A DNA stretch of 64,000 nt. It comes from Candidatus Kapaibacterium sp. GTDB taxonomy: Bacteria > Bacteroidota > Ignavibacteria > Kapaibacteriales > NICIL-2. The position numbers and the translations under genes are program-made. The DNA lies in contig JBKCNS010000005.1 of NCBI GenBank assembly GCA_046297095.1, forward strand, positions 19,500 to 83,499, given 5' to 3'. Below are positions 49,502 through 58,929 of this stretch, one piece after another (the first letter of the stretch is position 1; each line of letters starts with the position of its first letter). The notes beneath the pieces were generated by a model. That model worked only from the letters and a program-made list of their open reading frames with translations, ran no database searches and was not told where the DNA came from.

Positions 49502-50599
49502 CTAATCCACCACCACGCGTGGTACACGTGAGGTGATCATCGATGTTACTTCGTAGGGAATGGTGTGGAGCTTGTCGGCAATCTCTCTCGCGGAAATATT
49601 CTGCGAAGCTTGGTTGCCAATCAGCACCACTTCATCACCTAATTTTACTTCTTCGTCGCCGGCATCAATCATGCATTCGTCCATGCAGATGGCACCCACA
49701 ATGGGAAATCGTTTTCCGTGCAGAAGGCATTCCGCCTTGCCTGTGAGCATTCGCGAGTAGCCGTCGCCGTAGCCTATAGGAATAGTGGCAATGGTTGTGT
49801 CGCGATCGGTAACAAACTTTCTGCCATAGCTTACCGATTCACCGGCCGATATTCTGCGCAGCGCATTTACTCTAGTCTTCAGGGTAAGTGCGGGCTGCAG
49901 CAACGACTCTCTTACCGATGCCGGTGCAATGCCGTACAGCGAAAGGCCAACGCGAATCAAGTTGAAATGAGCGCGCGGATGGCGGAACAACGCTCCGCTG
50001 TTCCCCGCATGAACATAGCTAAAGCTAAAACCTGCATGCGCCAGCTCGGCCAACGTGGTATTGAACACCTCAAGCTGCTTTTCGGTGAAGGTGGTGTCGG
50101 TGTCGTCGCTGGACGCAAAGTGCGTACACACACCAATCACGGACACATTCTTCAGCGTAGAGCATTCTTTCATAAACTCCACGGCATCACGGGGTTCAAT
50201 GCCGTCTCGGCGCATACCGGTGTCGATATACAAATGCGCCTTCATCACCTTGTTGAATCGGCGTGCTTCGGCGTCGAAGTCTCGGAGTATGTCCATGGAG
50301 CAGGCCACAAGCTGCAAGTCTCTCTCGCAAAAATGCTGGGCATCGTAAATATCCGGCGGCATCATCACCACTATTGGTTTGGTGATGCCGTAGGAGCGCA
50401 GCGCAACACCTTCGCTCATCACGGCCACGCCAAAAAAATCCACGGCAGGTTCAATCACATGCGCCACTTCAATCATTCCATGACCATACGCATTGGCCTT
50501 TACCATTGCCATTACTTGGGCAGTGGGCGCAGTGCGGCGAATCTCGGAGAGATTGTGCAGCAGGGCGGAGCGGCGTACTTCGGCAACGGTTGAACGCAA
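49502..50599 (-). CDS. alr: alanine racemase
   Basis: PLP-Lys motif VKANAYGHG. The track ORF extends to 50740 (TTG) with a 47-aa non-homologous N extension. TTG at 50599 (MRSTVAEVRRSALLHNL…) gives a 366-aa Alr-length product. Start is uncertain. Confidence 0.8.
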   Translation of the reverse strand: MRSTVAEVRRSALLHNLSEIRRTAPTAQVMAMVKANAYGHGMIEVAHVIEPAVDFFGVAVMSEGVALRSYGITKPIVVMMPPDIYDAQHFCERDLQLVACSMDILRDFDAEARRFNKVMKAHLYIDTGMRRDGIEPRDAVEFMKECSTLKNVSVIGVCTHFASSDDTDTTFTEKQLEVFNTTLAELAHAGFSFSYVHAGNSGALFRHPRAHFNLIRVGLSLYGIAPASVRESLLQPALTLKTRVNALRRISAGESVSYGRKFVTDRDTTIATIPIGYGDGYSRMLTGKAECLLHGKRFPIVGAICMDECMIDAGDEEVKLGDEVVLIGNQASQNISAREIADKLHTIPYEVTSMITSRVPRVVVD

Positions 50600-50814
50600 G
50601 GGATAAATCGCAAAGAGTGATACACAATGTACCGCACCCGCAAGGCCGCAGGGCGGACAGTGGATACGATAACTGCAAGGGAGTGGGCAAAGATACGGAT
50701 GAATGCGATTGTCGTATTTTTCCCGCACTGAAAGGGGCAAAAAAGCTCGAATCCGCTTTTATTTGTCATTCTTTCCATGATTCACCGTCTGTTTCACCAA
50801 GTCCCGGCACACAC

Positions 50815-52281
50815 ATGATCGACTCCCATTGCCATATCGATACCTCGGCATTCGACGCGGATCGCGCAGATGTTTTGGAGCGCGCATGGCAGGCCGGAGT
50901 GCAGGCATTGGTGATTCCGTCCATCGAGCCGGCAGGATTCGATGCGCTGCAGGAACTGGTGGATAGCGATGAGCGTATTTATCGCGGCATTGGTATTCAT
51001 CCGCACAACACAGCTTCGGTGAGCGCGCACGATATGTCGCGAGTGGAAAAGGGAGTGGAACAAACCCGCGTGGTGGCCATTGGCGAGATTGGTTTGGACT
51101 ACTATTATGATTTTTCGCCGCGGGAAGTTCAGCAGGATATTTTTCGTAGGCAGCTGCGCATTGCCAAGCAATGCTCGCTGCCGGTGATCGTCCACAACCG
51201 CGACTCCGATGCAGACATTATCCGTATCTTAAGCGAGGAGCAAGACGGCACGCTTAGAGGTGTGTTGCATTGCTTTTCTAGCGGTCTTGATGTGCTGCAG
51301 CAAGCGATGGATGTTGGGTTTCACGTATCCTTTACCGGTAATGTCACCTTCAAAAAATCCACGTTGCAAGAAGTAGTACAAGCGGTCCCGCACCACAGAT
51401 TTATGATAGAAACGGATTCACCCTATATCACTCCCGAGCCGCATCGGGGCAAGCGAAACGAGCCGTCCTTTGTTCGGTTCGTTGCACAGAAGATTGCAGA
51501 GATACGTTCACAAACCACGGAAGAGGTTATTGCCATGACATCAGCCACGGCACGCACATTGTTTCGATTAACCACGGTACTGGTATTGCTAAGCACCGCA
51601 ATGTTTGCGCAAACAGATGCCGACGAGCCGGATACCACCGAGATAGACGAGTTCTATCACCCCTACGCCAAAACCTTGGGCTTTGGACCGGTGTTCGCAA
51701 CGAATACCATTGTGGAAGCCCAAACAGACAGTGCTACTACCACGTCGTTTTCCTACGAGGGTGTGTTTTCCTACGGCGGTGCAATCAGCTACATGTTCAG
51801 CGATCGTTTTATAGCGCAGGCAGCGTATGTGTATTCAAATAACACAAAGGTTGTGCGCGGTCCGAACAATCCCTTAGGACAACAATATCCGGACAAGCAC
51901 CAAACGCTGGAGTTAGGCGCGAAGTACTTGTGGAATCCCTACAGCAGAGTAGTGTTTTATCTGATGGGCGGCGGCTGCTTGATTCGCAGTGATTACGATG
52001 GTGGCGACGGAGTTCGCGACGACTCGCTGTCTCAAGGCAGCTTAGAGCCTGTGTTTGGCCGAACAAAAACCGTGAGCGGCGTATGCGTAGGCCTGGGTTT
52101 GTTTGCCCACATCAAAACGCCTATTGGTTTGATTGTTCCCGGCGGCGAGTGGCGCATAGATTTCTTCCTTGCTTCCGAAGATCGTCTTCTCTACAAAGGT
52201 CCGAACAAACGTGTGGAAGCTAACGTTTCAACCTTTTTCTCGTTGCCGCGATTTACATTAATGTGGTACCCGAAGCTGTAA
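50815..52281 (+). CDS. tatD: TatD-family metal-dependent hydrolase (first ~252 aa) continuing in-frame into a ~235-aa domain with a signal-peptide-like segment and beta-strand-rich, OM-beta-barrel-like sequence
   Basis: ATG at 50815 verified (MIDSHCHID…). The TatD body ends …ATARTLFRL. With no stop, the frame continues TTVLVLLSTAMFAQTD… to 52281. An internal in-frame ATG at 51535 (MTSATARTLFRLTTVLVLLSTAMFA|QTD) reads as a textbook Sec signal peptide with a GGAAGAGG motif 8 nt upstream. Confidence 0.7.
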   Translation: MIDSHCHIDTSAFDADRADVLERAWQAGVQALVIPSIEPAGFDALQELVDSDERIYRGIGIHPHNTASVSAHDMSRVEKGVEQTRVVAIGEIGLDYYYDFSPREVQQDIFRRQLRIAKQCSLPVIVHNRDSDADIIRILSEEQDGTLRGVLHCFSSGLDVLQQAMDVGFHVSFTGNVTFKKSTLQEVVQAVPHHRFMIETDSPYITPEPHRGKRNEPSFVRFVAQKIAEIRSQTTEEVIAMTSATARTLFRLTTVLVLLSTAMFAQTDADEPDTTEIDEFYHPYAKTLGFGPVFATNTIVEAQTDSATTTSFSYEGVFSYGGAISYMFSDRFIAQAAYVYSNNTKVVRGPNNPLGQQYPDKHQTLELGAKYLWNPYSRVVFYLMGGGCLIRSDYDGGDGVRDDSLSQGSLEPVFGRTKTVSGVCVGLGLFAHIKTPIGLIVPGGEWRIDFFLASEDRLLYKGPNKRVEANVSTFFSLPRFTLMWYPKL

Positions 52282-52347
52282 TTAACGTTGTAAGTCAGGC
52301 TGTAACTCACGTTGTAACTCAGGTCTTCATCGAAGCAACTCGTCTCC

Positions 52348-52968
52348 ATGCACACTATACTTTCTCATCCTCTTGTTAGCACGGCGATGTCTGTGCTGCG
52401 GGACAAGCACACGACGGCGGCAGCATTTCGCGAAGCGCTGGAACGGCTGGCATTTCACTTGTGCCTTGCGTGTACAACGGAACTATCTCTGCGCAGCTAC
52501 GAACTCTCCACTCCTTTGGAACAAACCACCGGCTATGCCCTGCAGGGCGGTGTGGTGGTGGTGCCGGTGTTGCGTTCGGGACTTACTCTGCTCCATGCGT
52601 TCACGCAGTGCATACCCGAAGCAACCATTGGGTATGTGGGCTTGAAGCGCGACGAAACAACACTTGTTCCTAAAGAATACTACTGCAATGTTCCTCCGCT
52701 GGATGAGAACACAACGGTAATAATACTGGATCCCATGCTTGCCACCGGCGGAAGCATGTGTGCTGCCATAGCCGATCTTAAAAAGCGCGGAGCCACGCAG
52801 ATCATTGCGGCTGTTGTGTTGGCCGCTCCCGAAGGCATAGCGGAAGTGGAGCGCGAACATCCCGATGTGCGCATTGTATGCGCAGCTATGGATCGCGCAC
52901 TTAATTCTCACGGGTATATCGTTCCGGGATTAGGCGACGCCGGCGACCGTGCTCACGGCACCGTGTAG
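52348..52968 (+). CDS. upp: uracil phosphoribosyltransferase
   Basis: VIILDPMLATGGS PRTase motif and Upp-length (206 aa) global similarity. Confidence 0.9.
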   Translation: MHTILSHPLVSTAMSVLRDKHTTAAAFREALERLAFHLCLACTTELSLRSYELSTPLEQTTGYALQGGVVVVPVLRSGLTLLHAFTQCIPEATIGYVGLKRDETTLVPKEYYCNVPPLDENTTVIILDPMLATGGSMCAAIADLKKRGATQIIAAVVLAAPEGIAEVEREHPDVRIVCAAMDRALNSHGYIVPGLGDAGDRAHGTV

Positions 52969-52982
52969 TATCCCACGAACCA

Positions 52983-53843
52983 ATGGCATTTCTACTTGTC
53001 TTTCAACAACTCATCGCATCAAGTACCCACTTGTTTGCCAAGCATGTTGTTGAGACCTTGCATCCCGCTGTGGTGGTGCTGTACCGAGGAGGTTTTTCCA
53101 TATTGGCCTATGCAAGCTGGATGCTCTTGCGCAGGCAACCCTTCTTCCGTATCGAGCGCAGCGACTGGCCCATGCTCCTGATGCTCGGCATCATCAACAT
53201 CCCCATGAACCAACTTATGTTCGTATGGGGTTTGCGCTACACCACTCCTGCAGACGCTTCACTTGCATACGCGCTGTCTCCGGCTTTTGTGCTCGTGATT
53301 ACGCGCGTGCTGGGGCACGAGGTGCTTACGAGAGCTAAAGTGTACGGAATAATTTGCGCACTGGCAGGTACATGCATTGTACTGCTGGAAAAGGGTCTGA
53401 GCTTTCGCTCGGAACATTTAATGGGCAACGTGATAGAGTTGTGCGCGAGTATGTCGTGGGCATTCTTTACCGTGTTTGGCCGGCGCATGTCCATAAAGCT
53501 CGGGGCCGTGTACGCAACAGGATTGTCGATGCTGATCGGAACCATCGTGTATCTGCCATTGTACGCAGCTCTGCCTGTAGCTCATGTACCACCCTCGGTG
53601 CTTAGCGCCGACCAATGGGGAGGCCTGTTGTATTTAGGAGTAGTTACCTCGGGCTTTGGCTTTGGATTGTGGTACTACTTGCTCACAAAAATGGAAGCAA
53701 GTAAAGTTGCGGTGTTCAACAATCTCCAGCCGGTGTTTACTACCGTTATGAGTTTTGTGCTGATGGGTATTGTGCCTACGCCTTTCTTCGTGGTAGGCGG
53801 ATGCGTAGTGCTGCTGGGGGTATTCCTTACGCAGCGCGGATAG
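52983..53843 (+). CDS. DMT-superfamily (EamA-like) transporter
   Basis: 10 predicted TM helices in two EamA-like halves. 286 aa. Confidence 0.8.
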   Translation: MAFLLVFQQLIASSTHLFAKHVVETLHPAVVVLYRGGFSILAYASWMLLRRQPFFRIERSDWPMLLMLGIINIPMNQLMFVWGLRYTTPADASLAYALSPAFVLVITRVLGHEVLTRAKVYGIICALAGTCIVLLEKGLSFRSEHLMGNVIELCASMSWAFFTVFGRRMSIKLGAVYATGLSMLIGTIVYLPLYAALPVAHVPPSVLSADQWGGLLYLGVVTSGFGFGLWYYLLTKMEASKVAVFNNLQPVFTTVMSFVLMGIVPTPFFVVGGCVVLLGVFLTQRG

Positions 53844-53949
53844 CGCTTCCGTGCAGTGTTGCGCGCCGTGCCGGTGGCTTCTGTGCGGTTATTGTGATTC
53901 TTCTCTGCTGTAGATTTTTTTTTTGATCATTGATCTTACTGTTCACCTC

Positions 53950-54609
53950 ATGATTACACCTGCCACACTGAGATTCCTTAAAGACATTAAGGCTAACAAC
54001 AACAAGGAATGGTTCGATGTGAACCGAGGGGTATACGAGAAGGATGTAAAGAAGCCGTTTCGCGTCATGGTGTCTGCACTCATCGAAAAGATCTGCACAG
54101 TAGATTCCTTCTACTACTGCACAGCCGAGCAGGCAGTATTTCGCATCAACAGGGATGTTCGATTCAGCAAGAACAAGGAGCCGTACAAGACCAATCTGGC
54201 TGCGGCCATAGGTCCCGGAGGTCGCCGTGGATCACCAAGCTTTTATCTGCATCTGGAGCACGACAAACTTCTGCTCGGCGGCGGTGCGTATGCTGTAGAG
54301 CCGGAGCATATAGCGCAGATACGGCGGTATTTGCAGCATCATCCCGATGAGCTGCCAAGTGCGGTGGCACACAAGGAATTCGCAGCAAGGTATGGCGATG
54401 TGCTGGGCGAGCAGAACAAAGTGGTGCCTGCCGAGTTTCGCGATGCAGCGCACTCCACACCCTATCTGCGGAATAAGCAGTGGTACTTCATGGCAGAGAT
54501 TCCAAGCAAGAAGCTTGTTGCAGCAGACGACCAAGTGCTGATGCTCTTTGATGCCTTTCTGGCAGCACGCTCTGTAAACTCTGTGCTGCGGCGGGCGTTG
54601 GGCGTGTAG
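53950..54609 (+). CDS. DUF2461 (TIGR02453) family conserved hypothetical protein
   Basis: ATG at 53950 verified. …NNKEWFDVNRGVYEKDVKKPF… and …FRINRDVRFSKNKEPYKTNLAA… are characteristic of this family. Confidence 0.6.
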   Translation: MITPATLRFLKDIKANNNKEWFDVNRGVYEKDVKKPFRVMVSALIEKICTVDSFYYCTAEQAVFRINRDVRFSKNKEPYKTNLAAAIGPGGRRGSPSFYLHLEHDKLLLGGGAYAVEPEHIAQIRRYLQHHPDELPSAVAHKEFAARYGDVLGEQNKVVPAEFRDAAHSTPYLRNKQWYFMAEIPSKKLVAADDQVLMLFDAFLAARSVNSVLRRALGV

Positions 54610-54616
54610 TGATATC

Positions 54617-55840
54617 TTATGGTACGAGACTGCAGCGTGCAATGATATCGTTTACGGGAAGTGCAGCGCTTACTTCGCGCTGCCATGCCACAACTCGCAC
54701 TAAGAGCAGTTGTGTACCTAAACGGCATGCAGTCCACGAGGTGCGAATATTATCGCTGCGGCGAAACACCGAGTAACTACGCTCGTACGCTTCCAGATGC
54801 TGCAGCATCGCCGGCCTGCGGTCCAGAATGTCCTGTGCTGCTGCCGGCTGAGCGCGATCAAAAATGCGTGAGCACGTTTGTATCCAAGCCGCCGAATCGA
54901 GAACAGGGATATCGGTAACAAAAAACTCACACTGAAATGTCGGTGTTTGCACAACGAGTACCGAGCATTCTTGACGTATACTGTCTGCGGATGCACGTTG
55001 CGATGCAGGCAATTGCTTGAAGTCGTTTACCGGAACAGGAAAGGGTATCCTCTTTGCAAACACTTTGCTCCATGCTGCAGGGAACTCACACTGCACCTGC
55101 GTTCCCTCGATGCGGCGTGTGGTGTAGTCCGAGCTTGCAAGAGTGATATGCATTCCATACGCCACCGAAAGAAACAGTTGGCGCATGATTGTTTTGGAAT
55201 CGCGGCCCATCCACTCGGAGCCACGCATGATAATGCCATACACCTTGCCGCCGCAGCGCGCGGTAATGATCTCTGTAAAAAGCGTATCGGCAATTTTACC
55301 GTTGCCTTTTGCAGTGGGACGCTTAAGCGTAAGTGTAGTAGCCGGAAGTCCGCACAGCGTGTACTCACCTAGTGTTACGCGCAGAAGATCATCAGCCGAA
55401 GCGCCGTTCTCGGCCGCTTCCGTGCGCACTTGATCAAGCACTCTGGATTGCATCTCTTCCGCGGAGGGAAACGAACTGCCTGCAGCAAACACCACCGCAT
55501 ACGAGCCATACGGACCGCGCAAACACAGTGCATTGGCTGTGTCGTTTACAGCAAACTCGCCACCTTCACTGCGCGAGAACACAGAATCGGCATCACGTAG
55601 CTCGGGGTACAGAGGGTCTTTGCGCAACAGATCGGAGGTTGTGTATTCCCGGGCTCCATAGCGCCCCTGATAACAGGTAAATGCATTGGCAACACGCAGA
55701 GAAAAACCATGCGCGGCAGAAGAATACACACGCGATCCTTCGGCATGCAACCCAACACTACACAGGTTCAATACCGGAGCAAGCATAAGTATCATGCCTG
55801 TAACAATCAAAGCCGGAAGCCGGGGAGTATTCTTGCTCAT
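54617..55840 (-). CDS. hypothetical exported protein
   Basis: ATG at 55840 gives MSKNTPRLPALIVTGMILMLAPVLNLCSVGLHA (signal peptide). No domain recognised. Confidence 0.4.
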   Translation of the reverse strand: MSKNTPRLPALIVTGMILMLAPVLNLCSVGLHAEGSRVYSSAAHGFSLRVANAFTCYQGRYGAREYTTSDLLRKDPLYPELRDADSVFSRSEGGEFAVNDTANALCLRGPYGSYAVVFAAGSSFPSAEEMQSRVLDQVRTEAAENGASADDLLRVTLGEYTLCGLPATTLTLKRPTAKGNGKIADTLFTEIITARCGGKVYGIIMRGSEWMGRDSKTIMRQLFLSVAYGMHITLASSDYTTRRIEGTQVQCEFPAAWSKVFAKRIPFPVPVNDFKQLPASQRASADSIRQECSVLVVQTPTFQCEFFVTDIPVLDSAAWIQTCSRIFDRAQPAAAQDILDRRPAMLQHLEAYERSYSVFRRSDNIRTSWTACRLGTQLLLVRVVAWQREVSAALPVNDIIARCSLVP

Positions 55841-55957
55841 GCGATGTGTTTGTACGAATAAATGTAATCCATGTATGCAGCGGAATGTGTGGATCTGCGG
55901 ATTATGAGGATTATGCGCAATCACCATTACCTACTTCACTGATGAATTGACAGCAAA

Positions 55958-57580
55958 CTATTTCACGAGAAACTCAATGCGTCTGTTTACTTCGCTGTAC
56001 GGATTCACCGCATCGATAGGACGCTGTGTGCCATATCCGGCCACGCTCAATCGTTTTTTTGCGATGCCTCTGTATACCAAGTAATCCATCACCGATTTGG
56101 CGCGACGTTTAGATAAGTCCACGGCTAAATCCTCGCGTTGCACGGCGCTGCGACTTTTGGACGCATAGCCCTGAATCTCTACATTCAGCTCGGGGTTGTT
56201 TGCAAGCAGCGTATAGGCGGAATCCAAAGCTGCGCGTGAAGCAGGCAGTACATCGGCTTGATTATTGGCAAAGGTGATGCCAGCAAAAACAATTCGTGTG
56301 GACTTCGGCGCGGCTTGCGGCGACGTGGATGGTGAGTTGGATTTCACTGCACTACTTGTGTCTGAGCCTGAATCGGCGGATATATCTGCTTCTTTATCTG
56401 AGGGTGACTCTCGATCCGTACTATCGCTCTGCAGAGTATCTATGGCATTCTCGCTTGGTTGTGCGGGCTTGTTGATTGGTTGTTCCGTGCGAGTTGCGGC
56501 AGTATTTGCGCCTGCATTTGCGGCCACATCATCGGCGGCATCCAGCGGATTTGTATGCGCAAGAAAAATCTCCACGCCATCGGCTGTACCGCCGGCATCG
56601 GAGTCCCGCTCGTTAGGATTGGTGCGGTATCTCAGCACTTCATCGCCATCGCTGACGGTATCGCCATCGGTGTCGGTACGCAGTGCATCGGTGCGATACT
56701 TCAACACTTCGTCGCCATCACGCAGTCCGTCGCCGTCGGTATCGGCGCGCAGGGGATCGGTCATCGTGGATGAGCGTTCAAGATCGTCGGACAAACCATC
56801 GCCATCAGTGTCCTTCGCCGCAGTAGAAGCAGAAGAAGAAGATGATGATGATGCAGATGCAGTAGGTGGTTGCTCGCGAGGTGCCACGCTCTGCGTTGCA
56901 GAGGGTTCGTCGTTGAGCAGGTATGACAAACTTATCAGCCCACTCATCCAGCCATCGTGCTTACCGTCACGAAGAGGATGAAGATCGTCGTTCCAGGCAG
57001 GGCAGGCAGTTAGGCTAAACTCCAGATGCGTGCGACCGCTAAGCGCCAGGCGTAATCCCACGCCTATGGGATTATACCACGAGGACGATCCTGCAGAGTC
57101 TGCTACAACTCCGTCGCGTACGCCGTTTGGATTGTCGTTTACTATCTGCCTCCATGCGCTTCGCTGAAGCACCTGAGAGTCGTAGGAATAATTCTGGTAC
57201 CCAAGGCCGGCAAACACAAAAGGACGAGCCTTCGAGCCGGGTTTTGCAAAGCTCCAACGCAAGCGCAGATCTATAGGCACGGACGAAGTGCTGAAGTCGG
57301 AGGATCTTTCGCGGTTTACACTGGAATAGTTGAACACTCCGGCCCCGAATTCAAAGGCCACGCGAGAGGTAAAAGCATGAAGTATGCTCATGCGCGCGCC
57401 AAGGTTTACAGCGCGCTCAGCTTGCGGTGTCTCTGCCACCGACAATGTAGGCCCAACGCCAATAAGTGCATATGTTTCACCCTCGGTTTGCGCAGTAGTG
57501 TTGGCAGGAAATACAGCCATCACCATCAGGCACCAAAGAGCCACCGCATATGCCGATTCACAAGGACGAATGATATTCAT
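55958..57580 (-). CDS. OmpA-family outer-membrane protein with thrombospondin type-3 Ca-binding repeats
   Basis: N-terminal beta-barrel-like region. TSP3 repeats DTDGDGLSDDLE / DTDGDGLRDGDE / DTDGDTVSDGDE. C-terminal OmpA peptidoglycan-binding domain (…NVEIQGYASKSRSAVQ…LSKRRAKSVMDYLV…). Confidence 0.8.
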   Translation of the reverse strand: MNIIRPCESAYAVALWCLMVMAVFPANTTAQTEGETYALIGVGPTLSVAETPQAERAVNLGARMSILHAFTSRVAFEFGAGVFNYSSVNRERSSDFSTSSVPIDLRLRWSFAKPGSKARPFVFAGLGYQNYSYDSQVLQRSAWRQIVNDNPNGVRDGVVADSAGSSSWYNPIGVGLRLALSGRTHLEFSLTACPAWNDDLHPLRDGKHDGWMSGLISLSYLLNDEPSATQSVAPREQPPTASASSSSSSSASTAAKDTDGDGLSDDLERSSTMTDPLRADTDGDGLRDGDEVLKYRTDALRTDTDGDTVSDGDEVLRYRTNPNERDSDAGGTADGVEIFLAHTNPLDAADDVAANAGANTAATRTEQPINKPAQPSENAIDTLQSDSTDRESPSDKEADISADSGSDTSSAVKSNSPSTSPQAAPKSTRIVFAGITFANNQADVLPASRAALDSAYTLLANNPELNVEIQGYASKSRSAVQREDLAVDLSKRRAKSVMDYLVYRGIAKKRLSVAGYGTQRPIDAVNPYSEVNRRIEFLVK

Positions 57581-57620
57581 ATCATACCTACCAATTCAAT
57601 GTTACGCAGACGCCAATGCC

Positions 57621-57702
57621 CACTTCACTGCCCACTTCATTGCACACTTCGTTGCACACTTCGTTGCGTAAATGCTTGCTCAAACCCATGCTCAAACACA
57701 TG
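57621..57702. repeat. tandem 12-bp repeats: cacttc[a/g]ttgc[a/c/g] x4 followed by ctcaaac[c/a]catg x2
   Basis: Direct reading of the spacer between the OmpA-family gene start and the ctaA 3' end. Confidence 0.8.
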
Positions 57703-57742
57703 CCCTGCGCTCACGGCGCTCAATATACCGCCGGCATGTCAC

Positions 57743-58720
57743 CTAGGCGTTAGCCGGCAAAGCGTTTGCGCGTATAGCCCGTACGCGAAGGATGAGCATC
57801 ACATTTGTTCCTAAAAGCAAGGAGCTGAGCACCAGGTGAACCGGTTGCGCAGCTATGGGTATCCCAAAATATGCCATGATGATGCCGCTGATAATTTCCA
57901 GCGCTAACAACACCACAACAACAATCTGCCACGTGATAATGCGAGCGTTGTGGCCTGCCCCGCGATAGAGCAGGAGCATCATGCGCGCAAACACAAGAAG
58001 CACAAGGATAGAGAACGATCGGTGTACATAGAACGGAAGACCAACAGTAGTTAGCCACGATTCGCGTCCTGCATTCATCATGCTCTTTGCCACAGTGTCT
58101 ACCAGGCCGCGCACCTGCGTGCCCATGATCACTTGCGCAAAGAGAATTGCCGTTGCGCCATACAACCACCCAAGAATGGGTGCGGGATGGTGTAGGTACT
58201 CATCGCTCCATTGCTGACGATATGCCCGAACCAGCGCGTACACCAGAGCAAACACTACGAACAGCGCTCCAACATAATGCACGGTAACAAGCGTAGCACG
58301 AAGGTCGTGCTCAACAACTTTTGCGCCCAACCAACCTTCGAATAATACAAACACCAGTGCTGCGAGCGATGCAAGGGTAACGCGGCGATCGTGAGACCAC
58401 CACCGCAGAGACGCGACGAAGGTTGCAAAAATGAAAATGCCGATAAGCACGCCGAGTAATCTGTTCAAGTATTCCGTCCAGGTATGCACCACGTTGAAAT
58501 CGGCAATCTCTTTGCCTTGCACAGCCCAACGGGTTTTGTAATCGGCAGGCAACTCGCTCACCGACGTTGGGGGAATGATGCGCCCGAAGCATGTAGGCCA
58601 ATCGGGACAGCCCATGCCCGACCCCGTAACGCGAACAATACTACCAACAGCAATGAGCAAAAAAACAGCTATGATAGTGAGCTTGGCAAGCCGACGAAAA
58701 AGTGATGATTGATCGATCAT
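57743..58720 (-). CDS. ctaA: COX15/CtaA-family heme A synthase
   Basis: ATG at 58720 verified. GCPDWPTC motif near the first TM pair. Multi-TM protein with conserved His-containing helices. Confidence 0.75.
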   Translation of the reverse strand: MIDQSSLFRRLAKLTIIAVFLLIAVGSIVRVTGSGMGCPDWPTCFGRIIPPTSVSELPADYKTRWAVQGKEIADFNVVHTWTEYLNRLLGVLIGIFIFATFVASLRWWSHDRRVTLASLAALVFVLFEGWLGAKVVEHDLRATLVTVHYVGALFVVFALVYALVRAYRQQWSDEYLHHPAPILGWLYGATAILFAQVIMGTQVRGLVDTVAKSMMNAGRESWLTTVGLPFYVHRSFSILVLLVFARMMLLLYRGAGHNARIITWQIVVVVLLALEIISGIIMAYFGIPIAAQPVHLVLSSLLLGTNVMLILRVRAIRANALPANA

Positions 58721-58929
58721 ACCTACGCAATGGGTGGTGGTGGAATGGCACCTGTGTGCTGCGGCAAAAATACCTTGTTCGCGGGTTGTGCAGGGCATGC
58801 TCGCACGTAAAGCACAGAATGATACTACTATGAAAACTTGGCCATGATCAAGGTTTGGTAATGGTCCACGTGTATCTTTGCCAAACGGATGCAACAATCT
58901 TTTTATCAACAGTAACGCGTGGTGTACCT

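Noticed and set aside
49718-50593. 291-aa + strand ORF overlapping alr
   Set aside because: Antisense to alanine racemase (VKANAYGHG motif on the opposite strand). His/Arg/Gly-rich and non-protein-like
50600-50740. 47-aa N-terminal extension of the alr ORF to a TTG at 50740
   Set aside because: The extension is Cys/Pro/His-rich and unlike any Alr N terminus. TTG at 50599 yields a typical 366-aa Alr. However, this start is itself non-ATG, so it remains uncertain
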